From positions 124,001-188,000 of the IMG/VR virus record IMGVR_UViG_3300033233_000001: a DNA stretch of 64,000 bases; one strand, written 5' to 3'. Every line of letters starts with the position of its first letter. The first letter of the stretch is position 1. This document shows, in pieces, positions 50,275 through 59,847 of the stretch. The translations under genes were made by a program, and so were the position numbers. The notes below the pieces were generated by a model that saw only the letters and a list, made by a program, of their open reading frames with translations, was not told the DNA's origin and made no database searches.

Positions 50275-51999
50275 CTAGTCGCGGATGAAGTCGGCGATGA
50301 CGGCCGGCGCCGCTGCGTCGAAGCCTACCACGTCGATCATGCCGGCGTCGGTCGGATCTGCGATCGTGAACTCCGACGCGTCGGTCGCGACCACGATGAG
50401 CTTGGACGCGATGCCCATGTTCTCGCGGTACTGCTTGAGCGCCACGTGCGGATGCACGGCGCCGGCCCACGTCTCGTTGTCCGTCGCGACGTAGAACGCC
50501 TCGACCTTCTGCTTCTGCGCGAGCGCGTGGAGCATCGGCAGCGCGCAGTCGGTGCCGCCCATGGGAACGGCCTCCATGGCCTTGATGACGTCGGGCAGCG
50601 TCGTCTTCGCCGTGATGTTGACCGGGAGCAGACGCGAGGGCTGGCCGCCCCAGCGTCCGCCGTAGCCAGCCGCGTGACCGGCCGAGCCGCTCGCGAAGCC
50701 CACGATGTCGTAGTCCGACTCGCGCCGCGCCGTGACCATCGCCATGCAGCCGACGGCCTCGCGTGCCGTGAGCGTCGTGCCCGCGATGAAGCTCGACGCC
50801 ATCGAACCTGACACGTCGAGCGCGAGCATGATGGACTTGCCGGTGGGCTCGACAGTCTCGAACGCCAGGTAGAACGCGTCGTCGAGGGCGTCGATGATGG
50901 ACTGCACCGGCGACCACGTCAGCTTGCCCTTCTCGCCGTGGCCGGCTGCGTACGTCTTGAGCGCGAGGAGCACTGCGATCGGATGCAGCCGCGACTTCTT
51001 GATGGCGTCGGCGTTCTTCAGCTGCTTCACGACGAGCTTCGATGCGTCCGAGCCAGGAACGAGCAGGCCGTTCGCCGTCATGCGCCCGAGGTTGCGCACG
51101 CAAGCGTGCATCGGCATGCGCTGGAGCAGCGCATCCCATACAACCGCGTGCTTCTGGTGCTCTGACGGCACCATCTCGTGAGTGAGCCCGTACTCACGGA
51201 TGATCGTGGCCGCCTCGTTCGCGTCCTTCGCAGCGCGCACCTTCTCGACGCCCTCGATCAGCGCCGGCAGGGCTCCGGCGGCGACCGCCTCGTACGAGAC
51301 GCCCGCCTCCTGCTGCTTGCGCTTGACGGAGCGCTCCCCGAGGCCGTCGCGTCCCGCGATGGTCCAGCGCAGGATGGACGAGACGATCGGATCCGTCGTC
51401 TTCGGGTGCGCCTGCCGAAGCAGGTCGCGGTGCGAGCGTCCGCCGCGCTGCTGGTACTTCAGCAGCTGGTAGGCGAGGTCTCGCCCCTCCTTGCTCGTGT
51501 ACCACGCGCCGACCGCGCGGCGCAGGCCCGAGCCCCAGCCGCGAAGCTGCTCGACCTGAGCGACGAACTCGAAGAGGTGCGTGCCGGTCCGGCACACGCG
51601 TGGCAGCGCGGCAAGCGCGAGGCGCCGCACAACCGCGTCCTCGTGGGCAGCGGCGACGGCGAGCGCGAAGATCGCCGCATCGTTCTTCGGCGCGCGACCC
51701 GACTCGCTGAGCGCAGCGATGTGCTCGACAGCGGCCGCAGCGTCGTCCTTGAGGCAGCGGCCGAGCGCGGTCGCGTTCTCCTTGACGAGCTTCTTCTCGC
51801 CGACGTGGAACGTCCCGCCCTCGGCGCCGAGGATCAGAAAACGGTCCAGCCGCTTCCAGTCGTCCACTTCAAACGTGAAGCCACCGGCCGCGTTCTTGAC
51901 CTGACGCACGTCGGCCTTCGCCGACTGCGGCGCGTCCTCGCGCGCAGCGGACACGGACTTCTTCTTCGACGCACCGAGGTGCGCGGCGTAGTTGGACAT
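50275..51999 (-). CDS. rsr: Ro60/Rsr TROVE-vWA RNA-binding protein
   Basis: NAAGGF..RFLILG, KYQQRGG..HRD, DVSGSM, GGTDCALPM, TDNETW and GFD. Confidence 0.95.
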   Translation of the reverse strand: MSNYAAHLGASKKKSVSAAREDAPQSAKADVRQVKNAAGGFTFEVDDWKRLDRFLILGAEGGTFHVGEKKLVKENATALGRCLKDDAAAAVEHIAALSESGRAPKNDAAIFALAVAAAHEDAVVRRLALAALPRVCRTGTHLFEFVAQVEQLRGWGSGLRRAVGAWYTSKEGRDLAYQLLKYQQRGGRSHRDLLRQAHPKTTDPIVSSILRWTIAGRDGLGERSVKRKQQEAGVSYEAVAAGALPALIEGVEKVRAAKDANEAATIIREYGLTHEMVPSEHQKHAVVWDALLQRMPMHACVRNLGRMTANGLLVPGSDASKLVVKQLKNADAIKKSRLHPIAVLLALKTYAAGHGEKGKLTWSPVQSIIDALDDAFYLAFETVEPTGKSIMLALDVSGSMASSFIAGTTLTAREAVGCMAMVTARRESDYDIVGFASGSAGHAAGYGGRWGGQPSRLLPVNITAKTTLPDVIKAMEAVPMGGTDCALPMLHALAQKQKVEAFYVATDNETWAGAVHPHVALKQYRENMGIASKLIVVATDASEFTIADPTDAGMIDVVGFDAAAPAVIADFIRD

Positions 52000-52037
52000 G
52001 ACGAATCTCCCAGAGACAAGAGCCCAGAGAATCAGAG

Positions 52038-52112
52038 CGTCCCATGGGGGACTCGAACCCCCGTTGCCGACGTGAGAGGCCGGCGTCCTTTGGCCATCTA
52101 GACGAATGGGAC
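52038..52112 (-). tRNA. tRNA-Glu(CTC)
   Basis: Cloverleaf. Confidence 0.88.
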
Positions 52113-52409
52113 AGGGAACTGTACAGGAACCGAAGACGAGATCAGGCCGCGACTTCTTCACCCGCGCGCGCCGGGGGCTTCGCTTCGACCTTCGGCGCGC
52201 ACTCCTTGCACACGAGCTTTTCCTTGGCGACCTCGTGTCCGAACCGCGTGTTCATCGGCCGGTCGAGGTGGTCGCGCTCGTACATGGCCACGCGGTACGA
52301 CGAGACGACGCGGACTGGGCGCGGGTCGAGCACGGTGCCGTTACGCATCGAGCCGTCGAACGCGATCCGGCAGACCTCACAGCGATAGCTCATCGGAATC
52401 ACCTTTTTC

Positions 52410-52492
52410 TGGAGAGCGGAGGACTCGAACCCCACAGCCGAAGCTGCTAACCGGTCTTCAAAGCCGGGCCGCGCCTTGCGACTTCGCCCTCC
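52410..52492 (-). tRNA. tRNA-Ser(TGA)
   Basis: Long variable arm. Confidence 0.72.
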
Positions 52493-52758
52493 GGATACGA
52501 CACACTGACATGCTGCGAAACGCTGTGCAAGCACAAACACTGCCCCCCCCCCGCAATAGACCAAGCCGCTCCGTCGCTCGCGCCGACTCGGCTAAAGGAG
52601 GCCCCAGATACGACCACCGATCTCCCAGCCGATCCGCAAGACGCATCCGCAGACCAACATGCCGAGCGTCCAGAGCAGGAAGCCGGCCGGCGTTTTCATG
52701 TCTGGCATCGCAGGTATCCTTTCGTGGCGTGACTAGGGGCTGACCAGGGACAGGAGAC

Positions 52759-52840
52759 AGGAAGGAGGAAGAGTCGAACTTCTGCGCCGAAACGCCGCGG
52801 GTTTTCGAGGCCCGTCCCACGCCGTGTGGGTTCACCTTCC
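52759..52840 (-). tRNA. tRNA-Ser(CGA)
   Basis: Long variable arm. Confidence 0.75.
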
Positions 52841-52844
52841 AGAA

Positions 52845-52932
52845 CGGAGAGAGGTGGTATCGAGCCACTGCGCCGAAGCGCCACGCGGTATTCCAAACCG
52901 GCCCGAGACCTTCTCGGTTCACCCTGCTCTCC
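52845..52932 (-). tRNA. tRNA-Ser(GGA), 5' end altered by insertion
   Basis: Anticodon GGA; the 5' strand GGAGAGCAG is supplied by the element end. Confidence 0.65.
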
Positions 52933-54223
52933 AAAATGTGATCGAACGTGTTCGTTCGGTCACGACTTGGCTCCTGCTTCCGCCACGACACTTGCTCGAC
53001 GCTGAGGCCGTCGAGTAGAGGCAGCCGTGTCCACAGGCGTAGCCTTGCGGCTGTTCCCCGAAAGCCTCGGGTACGCTTCCAAATTCAACGCGGCGTTGCG
53101 GTCTCGGTCCAGGACCAGACCGCATGCCTCGCACTCGTACGTCCTCGTGCCCAGCGACAACTCGGCCTTCACGACTCCGCAGCCGCTGCACGTCTTACTC
53201 GACGGGAACCACCGGTCAGCCACGATCACCTCGCAGCCGTAGACAGGTCCCTTCTGTATCAGCAGCGTCCTGAACATCCCCATCCCGACATCCGAGAGCG
53301 CACGCGCCAGCGAATGGTTTCTGAGCATCCCTGCCACGTTCATGCCCTCGATGACCGCCGCTTGGGTTTCACGCGCGATCTTCGTGGTCGTCTTGTGCAG
53401 GAAATCCTTCCGGATGTTCGCGACGTCTCGGTGAATCTTCGCCAGTTCCTCACGAGCCTTACGCCTGTTCGCGCTTCCCTCCTGTCTACGATGGAGCTTC
53501 CTGTTCGCACGCCGCAGCTTCTTCAACGCCTTCCGAAGCGGCTTCGGCGCGTCTAGGGGCTCTCCTCGTGACGGCACGACCGCAGTCTTGAGGCCCAGGT
53601 CGATGCCGAGGATCTCGTGCTCCGGGACGTTCGGCACCCGGAAGTCGCCCTCGACCTGAACCGACAGATACCAACGGTCGGCGATGCGCTTCACGCGACC
53701 GCCGAGGATCTTGCCGTGCAGCCTGAGCGGCTCGCGCGTCTTCACGCTGCCGATGACCGGGAGGTGAACGTGCTTGCCATCGGCAAGGAAATGGAATTTG
53801 TCGTTCGCGACGTAGAAGGCGTCACGGGTCTTGCCCTTCTTCTTGAAGTTCGGTGGTCCGACGCGTGGGCCCTGGCGCTTTCCCGTGATGCTCTTGATGT
53901 AGTTCGAGAACGCCGTGTCCAGGTCGGAGAACGCGCCGGCATTCGCGTCTCGCGGCGACTCGAAGATCCAGGGGAACGCTTCGCCCTTGATGGCGTTGAA
54001 CTGCTTCTTGAGCTTGGTCCCGCTGGGCTTCTGGCCGGCCCTGTACTGGCGGTTCCACTCGTGAAGTGCCCAGTTGTACGTGAAGCGCGCGACACCGCAT
54101 GCACGCAGCATCGCCTGGCGCTGCCGTACTGTCGGGTCGAGAGCTATGACGTGTCCGTGGATCATGTGATCGTGCGTCTGTAGTTTGTCCGTAAATGTCC
54201 GCGAAGACAAGAGCTAGCTATGG
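52924..54223 (-). mobile_element. non-autonomous IS607-like TnpB element
   Basis: Removing it rejoins GGAG|GGTGAACC, the tRNA 5' end; CGATCACAT occurs near both ends; no tnpA. Confidence 0.65.
52960..54165 (-). CDS. tnpB: TnpB RNA-guided endonuclease (intact D-E-D)
   Basis: N-terminal HTH, GIDLGLK, IEGM, CSGC/CEAC and DRDRNAALNL. Confidence 0.93.
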   Translation of the reverse strand: MIHGHVIALDPTVRQRQAMLRACGVARFTYNWALHEWNRQYRAGQKPSGTKLKKQFNAIKGEAFPWIFESPRDANAGAFSDLDTAFSNYIKSITGKRQGPRVGPPNFKKKGKTRDAFYVANDKFHFLADGKHVHLPVIGSVKTREPLRLHGKILGGRVKRIADRWYLSVQVEGDFRVPNVPEHEILGIDLGLKTAVVPSRGEPLDAPKPLRKALKKLRRANRKLHRRQEGSANRRKAREELAKIHRDVANIRKDFLHKTTTKIARETQAAVIEGMNVAGMLRNHSLARALSDVGMGMFRTLLIQKGPVYGCEVIVADRWFPSSKTCSGCGVVKAELSLGTRTYECEACGLVLDRDRNAALNLEAYPRLSGNSRKATPVDTAASTRRPQRRASVVAEAGAKS

Positions 54224-54474
54224 CTCCTACCAGAACCAGCCAGCGTCGCGCTTCGGCGGCACGATGCGCTCGTACCGTGCGATGCGGATGAGATGCGCGA
54301 CACGCGCCCGGTAGCGCTGGTTCAACCAGCGACGATACCATGAGGGCGAGCCGTCCGGGAACCGTCCGTTCTTGCCGACGCTATTGTGATGGAACGTCCG
54401 AGCCATGGTCCTCCAGGCTCGGGGCGATAGGCCCCGGGCACTAGAAGACCGCGCCTTTTCGATCACAGCGCACG

Positions 54475-54774
54475 TCAGCGTCGCCGATCGTCTCGGCGCT
54501 CGTAGCCGCCGCCGCCGCCAGGCCGCGGCTTGTCCTGCGCCTCGTTCACGTTGATCGTGCGCCCGTCCAGCGTCGAGTTGTTCATGCCCTTGATGGCGGC
54601 CTCCATCTCAGCCGGCGTGTTGTACGACACGAAGCCGAAGCCGCGCGAACGGCCGGTCTCTCGGTCGGTGATGACCTTGGCCTCGGTGACCTTGCCGAAG
54701 GGCGCGAACGCCTCCATCAGCCCCTCGTCATCGATCGACCACGGCAGGTTACCTACGAACAGCTTCTTCGCCAT
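54475..54774 (-). CDS. RRM RNA-binding protein
   Basis: RNP2 LFVGNL, RNP1 RGFGFVSY and a Gly-rich tail. Confidence 0.93.
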   Translation of the reverse strand: MAKKLFVGNLPWSIDDEGLMEAFAPFGKVTEAKVITDRETGRSRGFGFVSYNTPAEMEAAIKGMNNSTLDGRTINVNEAQDKPRPGGGGGYERRDDRRR

Positions 54775-55533
54775 CGCTCTCTCCTCAGCTAGAACAGATC
54801 ACTCATCACTCATCGGTCTCCGGCACAGGCTCGATCAGCCCAGCCTTCTCCGCTTCTTCTCTTAGCACGCCCATCGCGCAATGACACGGACCCGGATACC
54901 AACCGCCGGCACTGTACCCGGTGTCGTTGCACAAGGGACACTCGGTTGTCGAACGGTTCGGTGGCTCGTACGAGTCTGCCACGTTCTCCGCGGCGGCGTC
55001 GATCGCGTCGGCAGTCACGCGACCGGCCTCGCTCATCTTGTCGGTTGCGATGCGCACGGCGTTCGCAAGCGCTTCGAGTGCGCGCACTACGGCACGTCGA
55101 CCGCCAAGTAGCTTTCGTGCGCGCATCAGCATCGTCGTGCCCTGCTAGTAGTATCGGTTGTACGAGCACTCGGAACGGTGCCCTCGCGGCCGCATGCAGA
55201 AATCCGCACCGAGACGAGAACGCAAAAGCGGCTTGCCGCACGGCGGCTCTTCGTGACGGCTCGACCCGTCAAACCGCGACAGGCTCGGCTCGCCGATCAG
55301 TTGCGTCGGCACCGCAAGACCAAGCCGCTTCGCGGTTGCCTCACCGCGCTTTGGGCTGACCCGCCAGAGCACGAGGAGCGCTCGCGTCCGGGCGTCAGCC
55401 GCCTCATACCAAGCAGAGTGCAAGCAAAGCGGAGTGCCGCGCCTACGAGGAGGCTCAGGCGGAACGAGCGCGTGCAGCCGTGCGACCTCGGCCTGGAGAT
55501 CGACGACACGTAGTGCGCCGCGGAGCTTGCGCT

Positions 55534-55806
55534 TCATGTCTCGCGCCAGCCTTCGAGGTCGTCGATCCAGATCGGCGTCCCAGGCCCAACCCAGCCGCCG
55601 CCGATATTGAAATCGAAATACTCGTTCGCCTCCTCGTAGGTCATCCCATCACGCGTCATCAGGATGTCGAGGATCTTCTTCGTCGAGTACGCAGCCAGCG
55701 TCGGCTGACCACACCGTCGCGCGAAGCCGATGAACGCGTCGTCGAGGCCGTCAGCCGTCAGGGCATCTGGGTTCTCGTCGGCGAGTAGCTCGCGCCAAAA
55801 GATCAT
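55534..55806 (-). CDS. conserved hypothetical phage protein
   Basis: ADGLDDAFIG..EEANEYFDFNI..TP. Confidence 0.7.
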   Translation of the reverse strand: MIFWRELLADENPDALTADGLDDAFIGFARRCGQPTLAAYSTKKILDILMTRDGMTYEEANEYFDFNIGGGWVGPGTPIWIDDLEGWRET

Positions 55807-56882
55807 CGTGAGGCCTCACGTTTGTGGAAGAACCACCTTCCGAGCAGGCGTGTTTGGTGCTCCGCCTGAGCACGCGCCGCCTCAGTAAAGATCGGCGCGT
55901 CCTCTACCTGCTTCGCCAAGTGCAACATTTCCGGCTGACGGTCGAGGAACGGCATCCACTCGACCGCGATGCCGCACTGCCAACAGAACCGATCGAGCCC
56001 CCGCAGTAGCTCGTCGCGCGACATGCTCGACCAAAGACCGTGGTCCAAGCGCAAGCGCGGGAGCGGCTCCGGAAGCGACCGCGCTTGCAGCCATGCACCG
56101 CAGGAGCCGCAGCAGATTGCCAGGCCGGTCGGATCGCCACCGACCCTAGGCCCGTCGAGCATCGGCCAGCACCAGGTTCCCGGCGAGTCACTCATCGCGA
56201 GAACTCCCGCAGACGAACGACCTCATGGAGCAGCGCGCGGACGAACATCGCGTGCCGCGAGCGGTCGATCTTCTTGTCGTTCTGGACGTACTCGTGGACG
56301 ATCTCCATCGCGGCGTACCACTCCGGACTCGTCGCCCCAGCGCGGAGATATCCTGGATCGGACTCCGCGAGCTTTAGCCACGAGCGGATCGAGGTAAGCA
56401 TCTCGTCAGTCAGCGACTCGCCCTGTGCAGCGGTGATGAGCTTCCGCTCGCTAGCCTCCTCACCGGTTTTCGTTCGCTCCGGACCGGTGACCGGATCTAC
56501 CGCGCGCCCGAGCCCGCGGTTCGCCCACCACCACGTCCAATGATCTTCGGTACGGTCGACGATGGTCTGCAAGCTCTCGGTTGCCACGGCGCACACAGCA
56601 TGCATCCGCTTCGCCCACTCGCGCAAAGCCTCTGGAGTCTTCAGCTGGTCGAGTTCGTCGTAGAGCGAACACGTCGGGAGATGGTTGTCCTCCCAGAGCC
56701 CGCACTGGATGCAGCGATCGACGCTCACGCCGAAGCCCTCTTCGAGACGACGACCGTGCGCACGTACGGGCCGTCCCCTGGCACGCGTACGATCGTCGTT
56801 ACCTTGACGCCTCCGCACTTGACGCAGACGCGCGTCCTGTCCTTCTGGACATTCCAGCGCTTCCACTTGTGCTTGCAGGCGC

Positions 56883-57395
56883 TCACGCCGCCACCAGGTA
56901 CGGCCGCCAGGTTTCCGGCACCGTGCTCATGTCGAAGCGCTTGCTGACGATCGGCAGCCACTCGGGCTTCCGAGGTGCACGCCTGAGTGGCATCTTGGCC
57001 TCTGCCGGCGTCCGGTCACCCTTCTTGGCGTTGCAGACGTAGCAGGCCATCACGATGTTGTCCCACTCGGTCCGGCCGCCACGCGATCGCGGCAGCACAT
57101 GATCGTAGTTGAGAGCGCGAGGCTCGAAGACATGATGACAGTACCCGCACTCGTTCCCGTCGCGGAGAAGTACGTTCTGACGCGAGAACTTGATCGAGAC
57201 CTTCCGCGTCCTCGACTTCTTCACCTTCCTGATGACGGAAGGCATTTTCATCGAGACCGAAGGCGAGCGCAGCACCTCGTCGAATTCCTCGATCACCTCG
57301 ACCTTGTTGTCGTAGATGAGGCAGACCGCGCGCTGCCAGTCGACGATGCGCTCAGGTCTGTAGAACATGTCCAGTACCAGTACTCGGGTCTCCAT
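56883..57395 (-). CDS. HNH endonuclease
   Basis: RDGNECGYC..DHVLPRSRGG..NIVMACYVCNAKK. Confidence 0.9.
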   Translation of the reverse strand: METRVLVLDMFYRPERIVDWQRAVCLIYDNKVEVIEEFDEVLRSPSVSMKMPSVIRKVKKSRTRKVSIKFSRQNVLLRDGNECGYCHHVFEPRALNYDHVLPRSRGGRTEWDNIVMACYVCNAKKGDRTPAEAKMPLRRAPRKPEWLPIVSKRFDMSTVPETWRPYLVAA

Positions 57396-57414
57396 GACGA
57401 ACCTCGTTCAGTTG

Positions 57415-57487
57415 TGCGGACCGTGGGAGTCGAACCCACACTTTTCGGTATTTGAAGCCGATGCCTCTGCCGTTGGGCTACGTCCGC
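57415..57487 (-). tRNA. tRNA-Leu(CAA), short variable arm
   Basis: Cloverleaf; loop TTCAAAT. Confidence 0.78.
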
Positions 57488-58194
57488 AGGGTTACTTCTT
57501 CTCGCTCTCGTCCTTCTTCTCCTTCCATCCGATACGTCTTGTCACCGACCTTGATCTCGGTGTCACCGATCTCGACCGTCAGCGTCGTCTTGTACGTCGG
57601 ATTGTACCGCGGATCTGCGTCGACGCCGTTCTTCTCGGCCTCGTCGTCCGCTTCTTTCATCAGCGCGAGGAAGAGGCGCATCCAGGCGATCTCGGCGTCG
57701 CAGAAGCGCTCGGTCACGCGCAGACGACGAGAACCAGCGCCGACCTCCTTCCAGAGCTTCACGTCGCCGTCGAGCACGTTGGCTTGCTGCCCCGAGACCT
57801 TCACGAGCCGCGCCGCCGATGCCGCACGCACGAGAGACGGCAGCCTCGACCAGTCCTCGATGAAGCGTGATGCGGCCTCAGCGAGTGTCGGGCCGGCGTT
57901 CGTGCCGTTTCGCAGGATCGCGATCTCCGACGCGCCGAGCGACAGCGCCTCGCGTGCCGCCGCTTCTAGCATCTCGACGGTTTCGGCCGACGACCCCGAG
58001 CCCGACGACCCCGAGCCCGGCACGCTCAGCGTGCCGAAACGCGTCGTGACGTGTGCGCTCCACGAGTCCGGTGCGGTCGCGATCAGCGTGATCTGCACGC
58101 CGATGCCTCGACGTCCGCCCTCGTAGATGCCTTTGCTCTTGCGTGCACACTCGATGCCCAGGAACGTGATGCTAGTCTTCGTCTCGTCGGCCAT
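57478..58194 (-). CDS. hypothetical protein
   Basis: MADETKTS start with GGAGGG ribosome-binding site. Confidence 0.55.
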   Translation of the reverse strand: MADETKTSITFLGIECARKSKGIYEGGRRGIGVQITLIATAPDSWSAHVTTRFGTLSVPGSGSSGSGSSAETVEMLEAAAREALSLGASEIAILRNGTNAGPTLAEAASRFIEDWSRLPSLVRAASAARLVKVSGQQANVLDGDVKLWKEVGAGSRRLRVTERFCDAEIAWMRLFLALMKEADDEAEKNGVDADPRYNPTYKTTLTVEIGDTEIKVGDKTYRMEGEEGREREEVTLRT

Positions 58195-58272
58195 GGTGAA
58201 CCCTCCGGGGCGGAGAGTATGTCGTAAGCGGCTTCGGAGCAAGCGCGAACGGCATGTGGTAGCATCCAGCCC

Positions 58273-58938
58273 ATGCCCACGTACTCGATGAGCCCAAGCC
58301 GTCTCGGTTACACCTGCGACTCCGGCGACGATCCGGTGCACGACCGGATCACCGGCGACTGCTACGACAACGCCTGCGAGGCCGAAGCGGCTGGCGCCCG
58401 CCTCTGGGACTACGGGTGCGCAGAGCCGGTCGCGGAGCCGGCGTACGCCTGGGGACCAAGCGGCTGGTGGGGCGGCGACGGTGGCTGGTGGGGCGGAAAC
58501 GGTGGCAGCGCGTTTCCGTGGCGTCGTCGCGGTCGACGGCACGGCGGCGGCGGAGTTCCACGCGCTGGTGGTCCGCGCGGCGGCGGCCGGCTGCGCCTGC
58601 CTAGCCCTGGACAGCCGGGCATCACGATGCCGCCGGTCGGCACGCCGGGAACGCATCCGAACGTCTCGTTCCATCCATCGCCGCGGATGACCGCGCCGAC
58701 GACGACGACTCGCATGCAGATCTCGCCAGCTGGCAGCGGAGCCCGAACGATGCCGTCGCGCGGCGGCGCCGCACGCATGGCCAGCCCGACCAGCCGCGGC
58801 ATGCGCGGACTCGGACAGGACACCGCGACGGTCGACACGAGATGGAAGTACGCCGCTCTCGGACTCGGCGCGCTCGTGATCGTGCAAGCGTGGTGGTGGA
58901 ATAAGAAGGCCCCGAACGTCTTGAAGCTCGGCTACTAA
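58273..58938 (+). CDS. Kazal-like, Gly-rich protein with a C-terminal TM
   Basis: C..DPV..G..Y.N.C.A..AG..GC pattern. Confidence 0.5.
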   Translation: MPTYSMSPSRLGYTCDSGDDPVHDRITGDCYDNACEAEAAGARLWDYGCAEPVAEPAYAWGPSGWWGGDGGWWGGNGGSAFPWRRRGRRHGGGGVPRAGGPRGGGRLRLPSPGQPGITMPPVGTPGTHPNVSFHPSPRMTAPTTTTRMQISPAGSGARTMPSRGGAARMASPTSRGMRGLGQDTATVDTRWKYAALGLGALVIVQAWWWNKKAPNVLKLGY

Positions 58939-58939
58939 C

Positions 58940-59023
58940 TGGGGTCGACAGGAGTTGCACCTGCACGTCCTTTCGGACACACGGCCCTCAACCGTGCTCG
59001 TCTGCTCGTTCCGACACGACCCC
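58940..59023 (-). tRNA. tRNA-Leu(GAG)
   Basis: Cloverleaf with variable arm. Confidence 0.8.
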
Positions 59024-59027
59024 AAAG

Positions 59028-59110
59028 TGCGGAAAAAGGGAGTCGAACCCCCACGGGCTTTCGCCCACACCGGCCTGAACGGTGCGCGTCTTCCATTCCG
59101 CCATTCCCGC
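59028..59110 (-). tRNA. tRNA-Leu(CAG)
   Basis: Cloverleaf with variable arm. Confidence 0.85.
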
Positions 59111-59118
59111 TTATGTGA

Positions 59119-59190
59119 TGCACGGTAAGGGATTTGAACCCCTGTAAACCTGCGTGTAAAACAGGCGCCTCGCCTCTCGGCCAACCGTGC
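59119..59190 (-). tRNA. tRNA-Val(TAC)
   Basis: Cloverleaf. Confidence 0.85.
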
Positions 59191-59310
59191 AGTTGCTCGT
59201 CAGGGTCCGGCGGCGACAGTCCTAGGTGCCTTACCCGGTTTTACGGGAGAGAGCTAGGGCTGGCATCCGCTAATCGTCTGACGAGCGCCCCCGGCGCGAG
59301 CCGTGAGCCA

Positions 59311-59382
59311 TCGGGGTAGCCGGGATTGCACCGGCGATCTCTCCGCCCCGAACGGAGCGCGATACTACTTCGCCATACCCCG
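59311..59382 (-). tRNA. tRNA-Pro(CGG)
   Basis: Cloverleaf. Confidence 0.85.
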
Positions 59383-59546
59383 AGAAAGCTCTCGCGTCGT
59401 CGAGCCCTGCCTCGCCGCCTTGCTTAGAGGCGTTTGTCGCATTCGTGCATCCGGTGATCAGGTCGGCTTGCACGAACGTCTATGCGTCGCTCTCGGACTC
59501 GACAAACGTCGCGGGCTTTTCAGGCTTGCGCGACGCTGACGCGAGA

Positions 59547-59616
59547 TCGCTACGGTCGGAATCGAACCGACGTACAAGCCCGTATGAGAGGCTGCCCTGA
59601 CCATCAGGACGTAGCG
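59547..59616 (-). tRNA. tRNA with CAT anticodon (Met/Ile2)
   Basis: Cloverleaf. Confidence 0.75.
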
Positions 59617-59620
59617 TTGG

Positions 59621-59692
59621 GAGCGAGGGCCGGAGTCGCACCGGCGTTCTTCGGCTTATGAGGCCGACGGATTACTGCTTTCCCACCTCGCA
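59621..59692 (-). tRNA. tRNA-Met(CAT)
   Basis: Cloverleaf with a 1:72 mismatch. Confidence 0.75.
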
Positions 59693-59697
59693 CAAGA

Positions 59698-59766
59698 TTG
59701 CGGTCGCCGGAACTGCCCACGGTCCTAAGCGTTATGAGCGCTTTGTGCACTGTACACCACCCCGCA
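59698..59766 (-). tRNA. tRNA-Met(CAT)-like, degenerate T arm
   Basis: Clear anticodon arm, poor T loop. Confidence 0.55.
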
Positions 59767-59838
59767 CGTTCCCACGGTGAGTTGAACACCGATTCCTAGC
59801 TTCGGAGGCTAGTGCCCTTCCATTTGGACGATGGGAAC
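59767..59838 (-). tRNA. tRNA-Arg(CCG)
   Basis: Cloverleaf. Confidence 0.82.
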
Positions 59839-59847
59839 AGATCGTAT

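Noticed and set aside
52000-52161. N-terminal extension of Ro60
   Set aside because: It runs through a tRNA-Glu gene; the ATG at 51999 is preferred.
57415-57487. Opal (TCA) suppressor tRNA
   Set aside because: Stem pairing centres the loop on CAA, and genes in the window end normally at TGA and TAG, so there is no sign of recoding.
58195-59184. Upstream part of the 568-aa ORF and other ORFs across the tRNA array
   Set aside because: They overlap tRNA genes and a better plus-strand ORF; GC-rich spurious frames.
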